A DNA stretch of 64,000 nt, taken from Trichoplax adhaerens (taxonomy: Eukaryota; Animalia; Placozoa). The position numbers and the translations under genes are program-made. The number at the start of each line of letters is the position of its first letter. Position 1 is the stretch's first letter. The notes under the pieces are model-generated. The model searched no databases and was not told where the DNA came from. It was given only the letters and a program-made list of their open reading frames with translations. Positions 34,526 to 48,228 of the stretch are shown piece by piece. The stretch is taken from assembly GCF_000150275.1 (NCBI RefSeq), contig NW_002060943.1, positions 10,386,209 to 10,450,208 on the forward strand, given 5' to 3'.

Positions 34526-37449
34526 ATGACGACCTCCGCATTTGACGCAATAAATGGCTTGGAACAGATTAATAATTCAGGGTCACCAGAGGGGATTGTA
34601 GAATATAAATTAAAAAGCGTCTTCAAAAATTATTCCCTTTATGCAAGACACTGGCCTGTAGCATCCCCGAAGTTAGTACCTACTGTGCTGAAAAAATATT
34701 TATTTAATTTAAATAATTAATTAATTCTACTGGTCCGATCTTGTTATTTTAGTGTTAGTTTTAGTGCTGTGCAGTCATGGAAACTGAATACAAACTGCGA
34801 TTACATCGTCGCTTTCTCGGCGCTTTACTTGTAGATGAATGCGTAGTATTTATTAATGAACTACACGCGTGTTAGTAGAATATCTTGCTCATGATACTTC
34901 ACATACATGTACTGTTATTATAGTACTTTTATCATCGTTAACGACTAGCTACTGATGTTACGTTTGTTGTACAGTACAGTACAGTACTCAAGAGCCACTT
35001 CCAGTCTCTCCTCTCTTAGTAGTCCTTGGCTATACTTAATGAATTCATTTTAGTATGTGCCACTATTACGGCTATTTAAAACTTAAATTTTAGCTTTAAA
35101 ACAACAGTTGGAGCAAGTAAAACATGAATTTACCAAACTGAATACTATCCATTAATAACAGATTAGCGAATCCATATGTCCTGATTTGTGTAATCATACA
35201 TATGGGCGTATGTAATCATGCAAACTAGCATATACGAGTATTAATCAGCTCCTTACCTAATAATACTACATGTAAATTATATCAACTTCGTTAAATGATC
35301 CTATAATTTTTCTATGAATTATTCAACGAATACGCGCACAAATTAAGTGGTAAAATATTTCCATTACAGATGTAAATAGTGTTACACGTAGTAAACCACC
35401 TCGCTATTAACTTACTGTATACAGCGGTACACGTAAATTCGTACAGTACTGTATTTCAGCCAAAGTGCTATAATTCATACTAACTCAGTATTTATAGCTT
35501 CGCATTGTTTTAAGAACCACTGCAAAACATTACAATTTACTTGCATCTATTCTAAACGGTAGTGGTAACTTTTCGAAAGATTAGCACGGTCGATCAATAA
35601 GCTCATTTTTTCTTATACTACAGCATAATACTAAAATTGGCGATTAAATACTGTACTCCAGCTATTAGTATGCATGCAACCCTGATATTCTAGCTGATAT
35701 CGTTGATTGATGATAGCGACCAAACTTATTTGTCCGAGGTTGACACTTCTATATAATCTCATAAAATCCTTTCAGTTTCTTATACCATATACTCGTATAT
35801 ACATATTTTGTATTTTAATAATTTCTTTTGGTTCTCTACTAACGTAATACTGTAGAGCTATTGCTATCATCATTCATGGTGCCGGAGAACACTGTGGCAG
35901 ATACGATGAGATGGCAAGTCTTTTGAATAAGGAATCCATATATGCCTTTGCAAATGATCACAGTTAGTTACAACGATCACGTTTCAAGAAGCATTTCTTA
36001 ACTAAAAATTCATGTCACTTCACTTAACATACTAATATTCTGAATTGTAAGACTTGACATATAATATTAAATATTGATTTCTCTAGTTGGTCACGGTCGG
36101 AGCGATGGAGAAAAATTATGTTTGGATAAATTTGAAACTTATACTGATGACTGCCATAAACATTTACTACTTGTTCAAGAAAGATTCCCTGATTTAAAAG
36201 TATTTTGCATTGGTCACTCGCTGGTATGACTTCGATTAATATTAGTACAAAAAATTAATGTTAATAGACTTGTATCAAAATAATTCTATGAAATTCACGC
36301 AGATCACTGAATTAGGTATAATCGGAACTTATTATAGTTATAGCATGGTTCGTTAAGTTTCTGTAACTTTGATGACAATACATAGTAGCATTGTGAAAGT
36401 TACTATATATAGAAAAGAGAAAGTACAAGTATTTTATGCGCACGATTACATACATCTCCGCCCTTACTTTGATTGTGTTCTTCTAATGCATAACCTACTT
36501 TGCTGTAAAATTATATAAAGCATTGCTGTATACATATTATGAACTCACTGTAGACTACTTGATATTTTCGCTTACACGTCACCAGGGAGGATTAATTGCC
36601 GTAGATCTTGCTGTTAAAATACCGAAAGCTTTCGCTGGAGTCGTACTTATTTCTCCATGCCTTGCGATCGCCCCCGAAGCTGCTTCTTTCTTCACTGTAG
36701 GGCACTCGAAATTATGTTAATAATTTATGATCAAAAATATCAAATTAGATATGATACTACTCCTAAATTCTGATGTGTATAATTAATACTCATATTTAGA
36801 TAATGGCCATGAAAGTGATATCATTTTTCCTACCAAAAATGCAAATAAATCGAATAGATGCAAAGTTTGTGTCCCGGGATGAAAAGGAGGTAACATCCTT
36901 GAAGTTAATTTTAACTTTAGATGGTTAAAGTTTTCCTTCAGTATTATGAAAAATTATCTTAGCACGACTAAATTTATGTCAACATGCGGCAGGTAGAATC
37001 ATACAACACTGATCCTTTAGTGTGGCATGGTGGTCTTAGAGCGCATTTTTGTAAGGAGGTGTATGATGCCGTTTGCAAAATTACCAAAATAAGCAAGAGT
37101 ATCGAATGGCCTTACCTTGTCATGCATGGTGACCAAGACAAATTATGTGAAATTAGTGGATCTGAAAGCTTTCATAATGCAGCCCGCAGCAGTGATAAAA
37201 CATACAAGGTAAAAATTTTTAATACTTATACAAACCTTTGTAAGTTAGCTAGTCATTGGCATGGTGATTGCTAACTAATTACAACGAACAATTTACAGAT
37301 TGATCAGTGATATTATCTTAATATGGTATTTCTTTTCACTGACGTAGAGATATGAGGGATTTTATCATGCATTGCATAAAGAACCGGTAGATAGTCGCAA
37401 AATTATTTTTGAAGACTTGCTGAAATGGATCAACGATAGAATGGATTAA
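34526..37449 (+). CDS. MGLL: Monoglyceride lipase (alpha/beta hydrolase)
   Basis: LYARHWP, IIHGAGEHCGRY, DHIGHGRSDGE, GHSLGG nucleophile elbow, YNTDPLVWHGG, PYLVMHGDQDKLC and YEGFYHALHKE; the Ser/Asp/His triad is intact. Confidence 0.9.
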
Positions 37450-38490
37450 CCTTTGGTTAAAGGGCTACAGATATGCAAGAATTCGTTGGATACTTGTCTA
37501 ACTATTAAATTATCGCAACTGGCCTTAGTACATTAATAATAAATCTCTAATGTTACGTGATAGCTCTTGGTTATAGCATATACTTTACAGTAAATTATTT
37601 GCTAGCTACTGTAAGGTAGGGTTGGTAACTTTTTGTATGTAGTGTTTTATAAATTAGGACAAAAGTTACTACTGAGTATCTTGGGCGAAGCTTTTTTTTC
37701 ATTCTTGTGTATCATGTCGACATTTTCATTAGAATTGTTATTTATGTTATATTCAATATATTTAATATGAAGTAGTTAAAGGATGCGCTTGAGTTTAGTT
37801 GAACTATATTAATGATGACGTCCATGTATTGAGGTTAACCAAAAATAAGTGCATAAGTTACGGTATAATTAAAAAATTAACAGTAAACACGGTACGGTGT
37901 ATACTGTAAGGTGTATTGAGATATGTTATGATCACAAAAGTATATAATAAGCGATACCAGTGGATTACAGAGTCATTTAGTAAATTGTAGAAATATACTA
38001 CTGTTAGACGAGTATTAAGTCAATTTCACAATATTAAAGTGAATATAGTGACTTAATAAAACGTCTCCATTCTTCGATAACCATTTAGTTAGTGATAATA
38101 TTGCATGAGAGCAAGAAAACAAATTTGCAACTAAGTATATGTGCATACGTACTTATCTATGAAGTTTCTAAATGAGAAAGCTTTTATTAATTTTGTGACT
38201 GTAGCGAGTACCTAGGTTATCATATCCTTTGCAATATGATGATACAAACTTAAAACATTTTAACAATGGTTTAATCTTGTCGTAAATATCTTTAGATTCC
38301 AGAAAAACTATAATATTAGATGTAATGCTAAGCATGTATATCAACAGATAAGAATATCTTCCTTTTCCACTAAAACTTTCATACAGTATTACTCCAATTT
38401 AGTATTTGGAACAAAAATAGGTTGTCAAGGTACATATTTAAGCTAAATGTAAGTATAATAGAATATCATTTAATATTGTAAACTATAAAA

Positions 38491-41428
38491 TTATGAACTG
38501 AAGTCATAAATCGCCTTGGTTGTAGCCATTCCAAATAAAAATATCCCTAATATGGCTAGAAACGAGCCATAGCAAATACATGCAACATGATATTTTCTAT
38601 TAAAGTTATAACGTAGCCCAATTAAGCAGAAACCTAAAATTAATAAGCAATAATGACATTAGTGTTAGCTAAACAAAACTGTATTCTAAAATAACCAAAG
38701 CATCCATATTGCGAGTCGACTATAAATTTTTATTATTCTACTTTTAGCATGCGTATTGTTAGATTTTGCTACCTGGAAAAACAAATATAAAGAGTGCTGC
38801 AAAGCCTCCAGCTAAAGCGATAATATCTCCAACGTTTGGTACGAATAACGATAAACTAAGTGTGACCACAAACCAACTTAATGTCTGTATAATAAGACGG
38901 GATTTCTTGTGAATTTTGGCACTTTCATCATTCAAGTTTCTAAAATTAAGCCATAATTCTTCGACTACCTGTCTATAGAGATCAGTTTAAAATATTACTC
39001 TTGCAATATTGAAGATATAAGTGAAAACACGAACACGCTAATTATGAATTATTATATTATGATAACTACAGTACATTTTATCTATCTTCACCTTGCACAG
39101 AAATGTAGCACAGGATATGAAGTTACCATATTGATTGAGATCATGATTCGTGAAATAGTGACCAGAATATTACTTGAACCATAATTTAAAAGAATGTCAC
39201 TGTTGACGGAATTTCCGAAAGACATGTAGCCAAAAGATCCAGTGATGCTATATACAACAATACAAACTAGCATTGCTATGATAATAACTAAATTAAATCG
39301 CTTAATAGAGCGATCTCTTAATTTCTCATAGGATGGAATGGAGGAAATATGACACTAGAAAAGGGCAGAAATGATTAAAATTTATAAATAAATCCTTACA
39401 ATAATTCGTCATTAGTGATTTATAAAACATGGTACTACATGTACGGAACGTGTATGATAAGGTACAGGATAATAATGAAGTAACTGATATATTATTGGCC
39501 TAGATCGTATATCAGTACGTCAATTTACGTGAAATCCGAAGCAAATTGTTGAGAAAGCACTAGCAATTTGAGACCAATTCGAAATGCGGCTACAAAATAA
39601 ATAAATAAGTTTAGTTATTTTATTACTTGACAAAAGAGTATTTTTCGATCAATAATTGAGCAAATTTTTCATCTTTTGGAGTATACGAGTATTTAAAGTC
39701 AGTCAATGACATCAACTGAATTTATTTCTATACTTTAAAGTTCATTCCAAGTAACAACATCGCAGCGAATAATGATTATTGCAGCAATACCTGTAATTCA
39801 TGTATATTAACTATGTTATAATCAATTATGGTACGTACGTTTAACTATGGTATTTAATGATATATCGTAACATTTGTTTAGATTGAATGTATATAAGATG
39901 ACTAATTATACACAATGTACAGCTTCAGTATTGGTTAGGGGTTAGAATAAATTAGTCACTTTTCTATTGCTTTAACTCGCTTAATGAAGTTACGAGTGAC
40001 CAAATTTCTTGCGTGAATAATAACAGATACCTCTGATATATTGGCCTTTTATGATAATCGTTAATAAAGAATTCAATCATGACGACTATTGCGACGTTTA
40101 TAACCGCTACGGTCCCTAAAATACTATTGGCGAAAAGATAAATAGATTTCATTTAGTTCTACTAATTACTAGCATAGTAAAATAACCAACGCGATTATTG
40201 AATAAACGAGAAGGAATTGTTAATTTAGCAATAAATGCTCTAGATACAGTACATTAAAGGATACCGTAATATTTAACCTACACCGCTAGTGTCGCACATC
40301 ATTGCAAAAAGTTAATCGATGTTTTCTTAATCAAAAGAATTAAAAAGATTTATATTAATTGGCATACCTACTGTATCGAAGACTTCCAATATTCTTAAGC
40401 AATGATAAAGGCAAGATAAATAAAGTCGATGTAATACTCATAACAAATTTGCGATTAGTATACCATTGATGCTGTTGTCCAGTAATACCTATTATTACTG
40501 TAAATATATAAATTATAGAATACTCTTTATGGCTACTTGCTTAGAGTATATATAGGAAATTTTAATTAGCAACTATAGCTATAACTATTTGCGTATAAGA
40601 AGTTGAATAATTGATTTTAAAAAAGTATAGAATAATATGCAAAATGGTATCATAGAACTTACTCTCATCGGATTGATCTCCAATGATAACTAGATACGTA
40701 ATGCAAGTGCTTAAAGAGAATAAAATCAGTAGTACTTCAGAGATAATCTTTACTTTCGTGCCCAAAATAGAGCTGACTGCACTTTGGTATGAGTAAGATG
40801 TCTTTTTTTTATCTACACAATATGCCAATATTAGATGTGTGCTGCTAATAAAAGGGATAAGGACCTATAGTTGCATAAATAATGTCCGTAAATAAGATCA
40901 GAACTATCAACAACTAAACGTCCTGATTTCGAATGTAATATCTAAATTGGTTTCTTAAATGTTAACGCACTTACAGTTAGATTTTATTTATCGCAATTTA
41001 TATCGTCACATCTCTCGTAAAAATAGATTAAATGATAATTACCAATTGTATTAAGATTCCGCCAATAATGCCACCAACTGAGCCAAAAGTTGAAGGGAAG
41101 TTTAATAAACCAGCACCCAAGCATATATTCACAATTATGGATACGGCTCCAATTATTGTTATGTCGTCACTAGATGTGCAACAGTAATTACCTATCCCAT
41201 TGGTATGTTGCTTATCCTCGTCGTTTTCTGTTTCAGTAAGTAATCTTTTGTGTTCTTGCTTTGATTTTAATATTGTAGTATTGGACGCTTCCTCTACGCT
41301 ATTCAAGTGATTCTGTTGTCCATTATCCTTAGCAGTATCGCAAGGTAGATGCGATATTTGTAATCGCATTTCTATATTGCAGTTGGTATTAACGTTTGTG
41401 TTCGATCTATGCATGTTTTTGTCAGCCA
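38491..41428 (-). CDS. SLC38A7: Sodium-coupled neutral amino acid transporter SLC38A7/A8-like
   Basis: GAVSIIVNICLGAGLLNFPSTF, TCITYLVIIGDQ, WYTNRKFVMS, FSTICFGFHCHISSIPSY, YSITGSFGYMSFG..DILLNY, TSYPVLHFCAR and LAGGFAALFIFVFPGFCL. The start is uncertain: an acceptor precedes 41428, and the first in-exon ATG is at 41414. Confidence 0.85.
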
Positions 41429-43214
41429 CTGTTGCAATGACTTAGTTCAATAAAAGCGCCTTAAGTCTGAAGGTTTGAGTTTTAAATTAAAAAATGGGTA
41501 CAGCTTGATGCACAGTCTTTTTAGTATTTTTGCTACTGCAATTAAGGAAACAATTGCATTATTATAAAAAAAATTGCCTCACGGTCGTATTCGGGACAAT
41601 GTTTATACTACCAGAAATAAATTACTTAAATTGTCAATGTCAAAAGTATAAGAAACTTCGCTTAGGTAGGGAAACGAATCTTAATAGACTTTAAAATCAC
41701 TACTACAGTACGCATATATAGTAATAGGCGTTAAGTTGATTAGAGAAAAGTTCACATTATTATAATAAGCAATTGCAAGGATTGCAAATTTATTGATTAC
41801 AATGTATCATGGTACAATAGCTATGATAGATTATAAATAATCAGAGCAAACGCAGAATTAATATTAATCTTAAGAATTATTATGCGTATTAAATACTTAT
41901 ACAATTATGCATAGAAGTGCCGTTTGTTAATTAATAATTGTATTTAATTATCTATAATAATTTTCTATTTTCTATTAGATTACATTCATATCATGCAATG
42001 TTGATGTAATATTATAAAGATAAATATTTGCATAGTAGTATAACTTTAAATTATTATGATATGGTAATGCTTTAGCCAGAATCATATTCCATGAAATATT
42101 ATCAAGGAAGTACATCCAATTTAATATTACAGTTTTCATTTCCATCGTAGGTCTTATCTTTCGCTGTAATTGCTTAATTGGGTATACTCAAGTTGTATCC
42201 CACTTCTTGATATAAACAACGTATAATAAGTTTTCAGATTATGATATCGAAGACGTCTTTAGCTTTTATTAATTATAATTAATTATCGTATCGTATCTAG
42301 AAATGCTTCATTTATATACTGCCGACGCATTTTCGTAGTGCAATAACGCAATAATCTACATCATTTGCATGTTAGTACTATAATCTTACCGCTTTAAAGT
42401 AAATTAGCTCTATACCCCATCTCCTTGTCGGTGGCCAGATCGTGACACATGATATTATTTTACAATCCGATTATCAACAATGCAATAACATTCATACTTT
42501 ACTGTAATACTGAGTTAAACGTAACATTATACTACAAATGACCATATTTCTATATTCTATATTACAATATGACAAATGTTTGCGATATATTACGACATGC
42601 CACATAATCTATTAACTTAATATGTGTAGTTTCTTTTATACACGATAAAACCTGCCGCTAGTGCGTTAAGATATTTGCAGTACCTTACTAGTTAAGATAG
42701 TCAAACCTGGAATAATATCCAATTGTCCATTTTTGCAATCATAGTTAAGTACCCAGTCAACAGTGATCGATTTAGCCTATAATTAATAGAATTGCCATTC
42801 GATCAACTATATTCGAACTTACAGTTTAGTGTAACACATTGATGCTTTTAATAACACTAGCGTAATTGACTAAATGATATCAAAATTTGGTATCCTGTAA
42901 AATTCTCTACATATTGAATGGTGAGGGTTGTTATTTCTCTGGCTAGTAGAAGCTCCGAACAATGACACCGTAACACACTCATCCTAAAGGTGATTAAGAA
43001 CTGCTTTATTAAGCTAGCTTAGCCTATTTATATTTTACACTTGCATATGCATAACCCTTAGCATTTCTTATTACGCTACTCATCGCGATACCTGGCTGGT
43101 GTACCGTCTATAATTTGATAATCTACTGTGTACGCTATGCGTCAGCATTTAGTGTATTTGCAGAGCTGATGAAAAATGCTCATGCGTTGCTCACTACTAC
43201 GCTACTTTTTCACG

Positions 43215-43645
43215 TAGTGTACTGTACACTGAGTGTTGTACTGTACAGAGCACAGTACACTAAAACAACCAGCACTTACTGGTTACAGTCGTCTGTACAC
43301 TGTACACTTGTACAGTTCAGTACGGCACAGTATAATCTCCTTTAAAATAAAATAAAATAAATAAAATAAAATAAAATAAAAATTTAAAATCTTTTACTGA
43401 GCCTAGACAGACAAAAAGATATCACCGAGTCCCTGTCTAGGCTCCATGGCCAATACTGTACAGTGTACAGTACAACACAATACAGTATACAGTATAGTAC
43501 TGTAATACAGTAATGTACAGTACTGTACTGTACAGTACTATACAGTACTGTACAGTACATTACGCTGATTAACTACAGTACTGTACTGTAAGTAATCGGG
43601 GTTATTATGGCTGGGCCTACCGTACTGTACAGTTCTCGTACAGTA
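43215..43645. repeat. Two TACAG/CTGTA arrays (43215-43332 and 43453-43645) in the SLC38A7/NPEPL1 divergent promoter
   Basis: gtacagtactgtactgtacagtactatacagtactgtacagtac and similar runs; they flank an (AAAAT)n tract and a 12-bp inverted repeat. Confidence 0.9.
43343..43382. repeat. (AAAAT)n microsatellite
   Basis: taaaataaaataaaataaataaaataaaataaaataaaaa. Confidence 0.9.
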
Positions 43646-43792
43646 AGGTATGTAAGAGACTTGTATCCATAGAGTTAAGAAAAAAATTCTATGCTTGTAT
43701 CAGTAAATCCCAGATTTTCGGGACGCTTCCGGGTGGAATATCTGCGTATAATCTAATAAGTGTGTAAGCGTTCCTTGAAACGAAAGCTGGAG

Positions 43793-46700
43793 ATGGCGTT
43801 AAAACATGATGGTGGAGTCCGACTCGTCTATAGTAATGGGCAACATTCGCGCGATCCTCATGATAATCCATGCTTGATTATTGGTCAATACAATTACTTA
43901 AAAGCATTAAAGTATGAGGATGTTGCTAAGAAATTTGGCGATCGAGTGGATCAAAAAGTAAGTACAGTATAGATAGTAATATTCGACATTGACAAATATT
44001 CAATCCCGTGCTATTAATACCTACCGTACAGTACAGACTCTGTAGTTGAATATTAACTGTGAATTGAATAGGGTGTTATCTATGATTATTCTGGATTAAT
44101 TATCTTAATCGTAGTGCAACGCGCAACATTATTATCATGATTCATTACCATAGCATCATTTCGGGATTTTTACATTCGAATTGGGGAAGCCTTTGTAAAA
44201 TCTGAAATTTTAAAGTACAGTATATACCCGTATTCTAAAATAAATGAAGGGATAAATAGATGCATGCTAGAGAATTGGATCAAATCCAATGGATAGACCA
44301 ACGATTTTAAATTTGTATATGATACAGTACATAAAAATCGTTGGTCCGTCTATTGGACTTGATCCGTAATATTTGCGGATGGCATATTTTTATTTATTTA
44401 CTTTGAGCGAACTTTGAATATACTGTATAGACTTGCTTGAATTTGCAAATGCAGTACAGTACTGTAACTCGCACTGTATGTATATAGTATTATATCATCA
44501 GTTAATTCAATTTTATTACTGTGAATTTCTTCTTTTTATAAAGTATGGTATATACTGTATATAGAGAGATTGTGCAATAGGTAGGTAGATGTTGTACCGT
44601 TTAAAAAAGTAAAAAGAATGTAATGAGCACTTATTGAGCAGTTGGTGCACCCAAATCTATTCTTAAAGACGGAGATATGCGCAATTGAAATTGAATATAT
44701 AACTTAGGGCACTTAAAAGCCGGCCAATGGCTTCTGGCCTAGATGTCCTAGGTAAAACCAACCAAAAGTGTAGACTGTACTGCAATTTTGACGTTTGCCT
44801 CTAGGCTTATTCAAGTGTAGTCGAAAATGTAGATAAATAAGCACCTCGCAGATCTTGGTATCTGTTACCATGGACAACTAAGTATGTACTACAATTTTGC
44901 TTTTGTCTCTAGGCTTATTAAACGTAGTCGAATATTTGCGCAGATAGATAAGTACCTTGAAGATCTTATATCATTTACCCATCTTAGTGCCTGTTACGTT
45001 ATTGAAACCCTCCTACTTTAGTACTGTGCTGAGACGTGATCTAAAATGACAAAGTGGCACCGTCCATCCGATATGATCCCTGTATAACTCACAACTTATT
45101 GTTCTGTAGGAGTTCTATTTTAAAAACATTCAAAATTAAAACTAGCGATCCTAAGCCAGATAGCCTTTGCTTGGAAAAGCTATATTGTTAATAGTATGTA
45201 ATAATGACAGTTAAATAACAGTACTTGTGCAATGTACAGTGTACGCATACGCCATGCGAGAACTGGTCTATGTATTGAGACTCTGTAAGCAGTATTATGA
45301 AAAAGTCATATAATAAATCGGCTTTTCGAATGTACGTATGTGGAAACTGAAGTTGAAATCGACGTAAGCCTATGGTATTATTTTCTTCTGACCAAATTTT
45401 CTACGGTTATACCAGACGAAAACTAAGAATTTTTGTAAGGGTTACGGCTATTTAAAAAAACAATTTTATATCCTTGGAAAGTAATTCAGTTAAAAGTAGT
45501 TTCAATTCCATCAACCTGCATATGGCGTTATTGTTCATGAGTGATAGCAAACTTGTCATACTGCTTAAGAAATACTTAATAGTAAATTATAGGTGATTCC
45601 CATCTATAGTAAATCATGACAGTATTGGATTTTAATTAGAGATAGTTATTATTCGTGTTTAGCAACTGCATCAAATGAATAGTTTTTTACTCTATTGGTA
45701 CTTTATAATAATAACGCTCATAAATTTTAACAATTAATACTTGATATCAGACATTTTATGAAGGCATTGAACTATGTACCCGCTGTTCAACGGTGAATCT
45801 GTGGCTTAATTACGTAAAAATGGCTGTACTTCCCCCAGCAGGTAGCAGGCATAATTCGCCATGCAGCCCTCACTTTCTACCAACTTTAATCCATCGGGGC
45901 TTACTACATTCCGAAAATGAAGATATCGTCGTAAGTTATGCAACCACTTCGAATTGATAGTACAGTATCTACGCGTACATAGTCTTTTAAAATAGAGCAT
46001 GGTACGAACTTAGCTCATAACTGAATTGGCTTAATTATTATAACGATACTTGCACACTTCGTTATTGTTTTTTTAACTTGATCCTTCTAAATTACCTTTC
46101 TTATCTGTCCAGATTATCTGTCGTAAAGCTGACGCTTTCGCACTAGCCTGTGCAGTTGCTCGATGTTATCCTACTTTCAATCGCAAATATCGAGGCTCTG
46201 TTATCGATAGAACTGTTACTGTCGAATTCTGCATCACAGACGATCGTACGGCAGTCTTAACTTCTGAAGACATAGCAGTTATGGATGCCGCTGCTTGTGG
46301 AATAAGAACCGCCTGTTATATCGTTGATGCTCCTTGTAACATGATGCAAACTACTCACTTTGTTGAGGTTTTAACAACTATATGACCAGTATGTCATTGT
46401 TCTTATAATTTTTAAATATTTATCTTGTCATTTATGTAATTTAGGAAGCGAAACGAATTGCAAAATTACTAAAAGTTAAATCGTTAATTATCGAGGGAGA
46501 AGACCTAAAGGCTGGAGGTTTTGGAGGTACGATGGAACTACTGTAGTGTGTTAATTATAGACTGCATCTACTTGTCCTAACTTGTAAACGTTTAAATTAA
46601 TGATACTATTTTATTGTAATATCTGGAATATTGACTTCAATGTACTGTATACTATCATAGGAATCTATGGCGTTGGTCAGGCTGCAAGTGCGCCCCCTGC

Positions 46701-48228
46701 TTTAGTCGTACTCAGTCACACTCCGCGTAATGCGACAAAAACATTCGCCTGGGTAGGCAAAGGGATAGTCTATGACACTGGAGGCCTTTGTATCAAGACA
46801 AAGGTAATTTAAATTTAACAGAATTATACGTCAGCTAGTACCGTAACCGAATACAGTATACATTATATACGTGCAATGCCTTAAGTCTGTACACAACGAT
46901 ATCAATAGACGGGTATGCCTGGGATGAAGAGGGACTGTGGCGGAGCAGCTGCCATTCTAGGCGCATTTTATGCTGCCGTAAGCCAAGGATTCTCACAGAA
47001 TTTACATGCAATCTTGTGCTTAGCAGAAAATGCTGTGGGCCCCAAAGCCACACGCCCAGATGATATTCATACCATGTATTCTGGATAGTAAGTTTATTAA
47101 TTAATAAAATATATCGTTTGGTCACAATATCTACACAATCGCTCGTCATTAAACGCCCACCTTATTAATTTTTCGATACCTACCTGCTAATGACAACTAT
47201 ATAATGATTCATTCAATTTACAGTACTGTGGAGATTAATAACACTGATGCTGAGGGACGATTAGTGTTATCCGATGGGGTGAGATCAGTAGCTTTAACTT
47301 GTCTATTAGATATATTTATGATCATTTGATATTTTAGTATCAATTATTTGTTTCGTAAAAGGTCCATTATGCACTTAAGAATCTCAAGGCGGACGTTATT
47401 TTAGATATGGCTACCCTAACAGGAGCACAAGTACCTATTCTGACGCATTATAATTTCGCATCCATTTGATTACACAGCTTACGTATTATCATTACATTTA
47501 TAGGCTATTGCTACAGGACTCTATCATGCAGCTGTCTTGACTAATCAAGAATCTTGGGAGACTGCTGCTACTGCGGCTGGTAGATCTAGCGGAGATTTAG
47601 TGGTGAGTTTCCTTAGTGACACATTTTAAGAGAAGCTAAGATCTTACGTCTATGTTTTGTGGAATTAACAGTTAACGTACTCGTATATTTATATTCAGTT
47701 ACTTTCTTTGCGTATCAAATGTTAATCATATTAATATCCTACATCGCAGCATCCAGTTCCTTATGCACCAGAACTTCATTTCCCCGAGTTTAGCAGCTCT
47801 GTAGCGGATATGCTTAATTCCGTCTTGGTATAGTATTTTGTTCAATTCACAAATGTTTTGGTTATTCCGTTTACTGATATTGAAATTTGAGTTTAAGTTG
47901 TTAATTTATTTACTATATTGTAGAATCGCGGAAATGCTCAAGTTTCTTGTGCCGGCTTATTCATTGGAAAGCATATTGGCTGGGATTATAAAGGAGCTTG
48001 GATACATGTTGATATGGCCGCACCTGCTCATAGTGTAGGAATACTCGCCTATATTTTATTGATTTTCCATTAGCATTTAAACGTTATCTACTGCTAATTG
48101 AAGACGCTATTATTGTGATTATGTAGGGTGAACGTGCAACTGGTTATGGAGTAGCTTTATTATTGGTACTCTTTGGTTTTGCCAGTCATAACCCACTGCT
48201 GCAGTCATTATCAAAACAGATGCAGTAA
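43793..48228 (+). CDS. NPEPL1: Probable aminopeptidase NPEPL1 (peptidase M17)
   Basis: DPHDNPCLIIGQ, GSRHNSP, FALACAVARCYP, GFGGIYGVGQAA, AWVGKGIVYDTGGLCIK, MPGMKRDCGGAAA, TVEINNTDAEGRLVLSDG, DMATLTGAQ, WIHVDMA and GERATGYGVALL. Confidence 0.94.
44277..44365. mobile_element. MITE-like / fold-back hairpin with 32-bp inverted arms in NPEPL1 intron 1
   Basis: Left arm GGATCAAATCCAATGGATAGACCAACGATTTT (44277-44308) versus the reverse complement of 44334-44365, GGATCAAGTCCAATAGACGGACCAACGATTTT: 28/32 identical, with a 25-bp spacer. No clear TSD. Confidence 0.65.
44776..44982. repeat. Diverged ~109-bp tandem duplication in NPEPL1 intron 1
   Basis: tgtactgcaattttg..ctctaggcttatt..gtagtcgaa..agatctt..ttacc (44776-44871) is repeated at 44885-44982. 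Confidence 0.8.

Noticed and set aside
40256-40264. GTATCCTTT (U12 donor consensus) on the - strand inside an SLC38A7 intron
   Set aside because: It lies mid-intron, and the flanking exons already join in frame using ordinary GT-AG sites.
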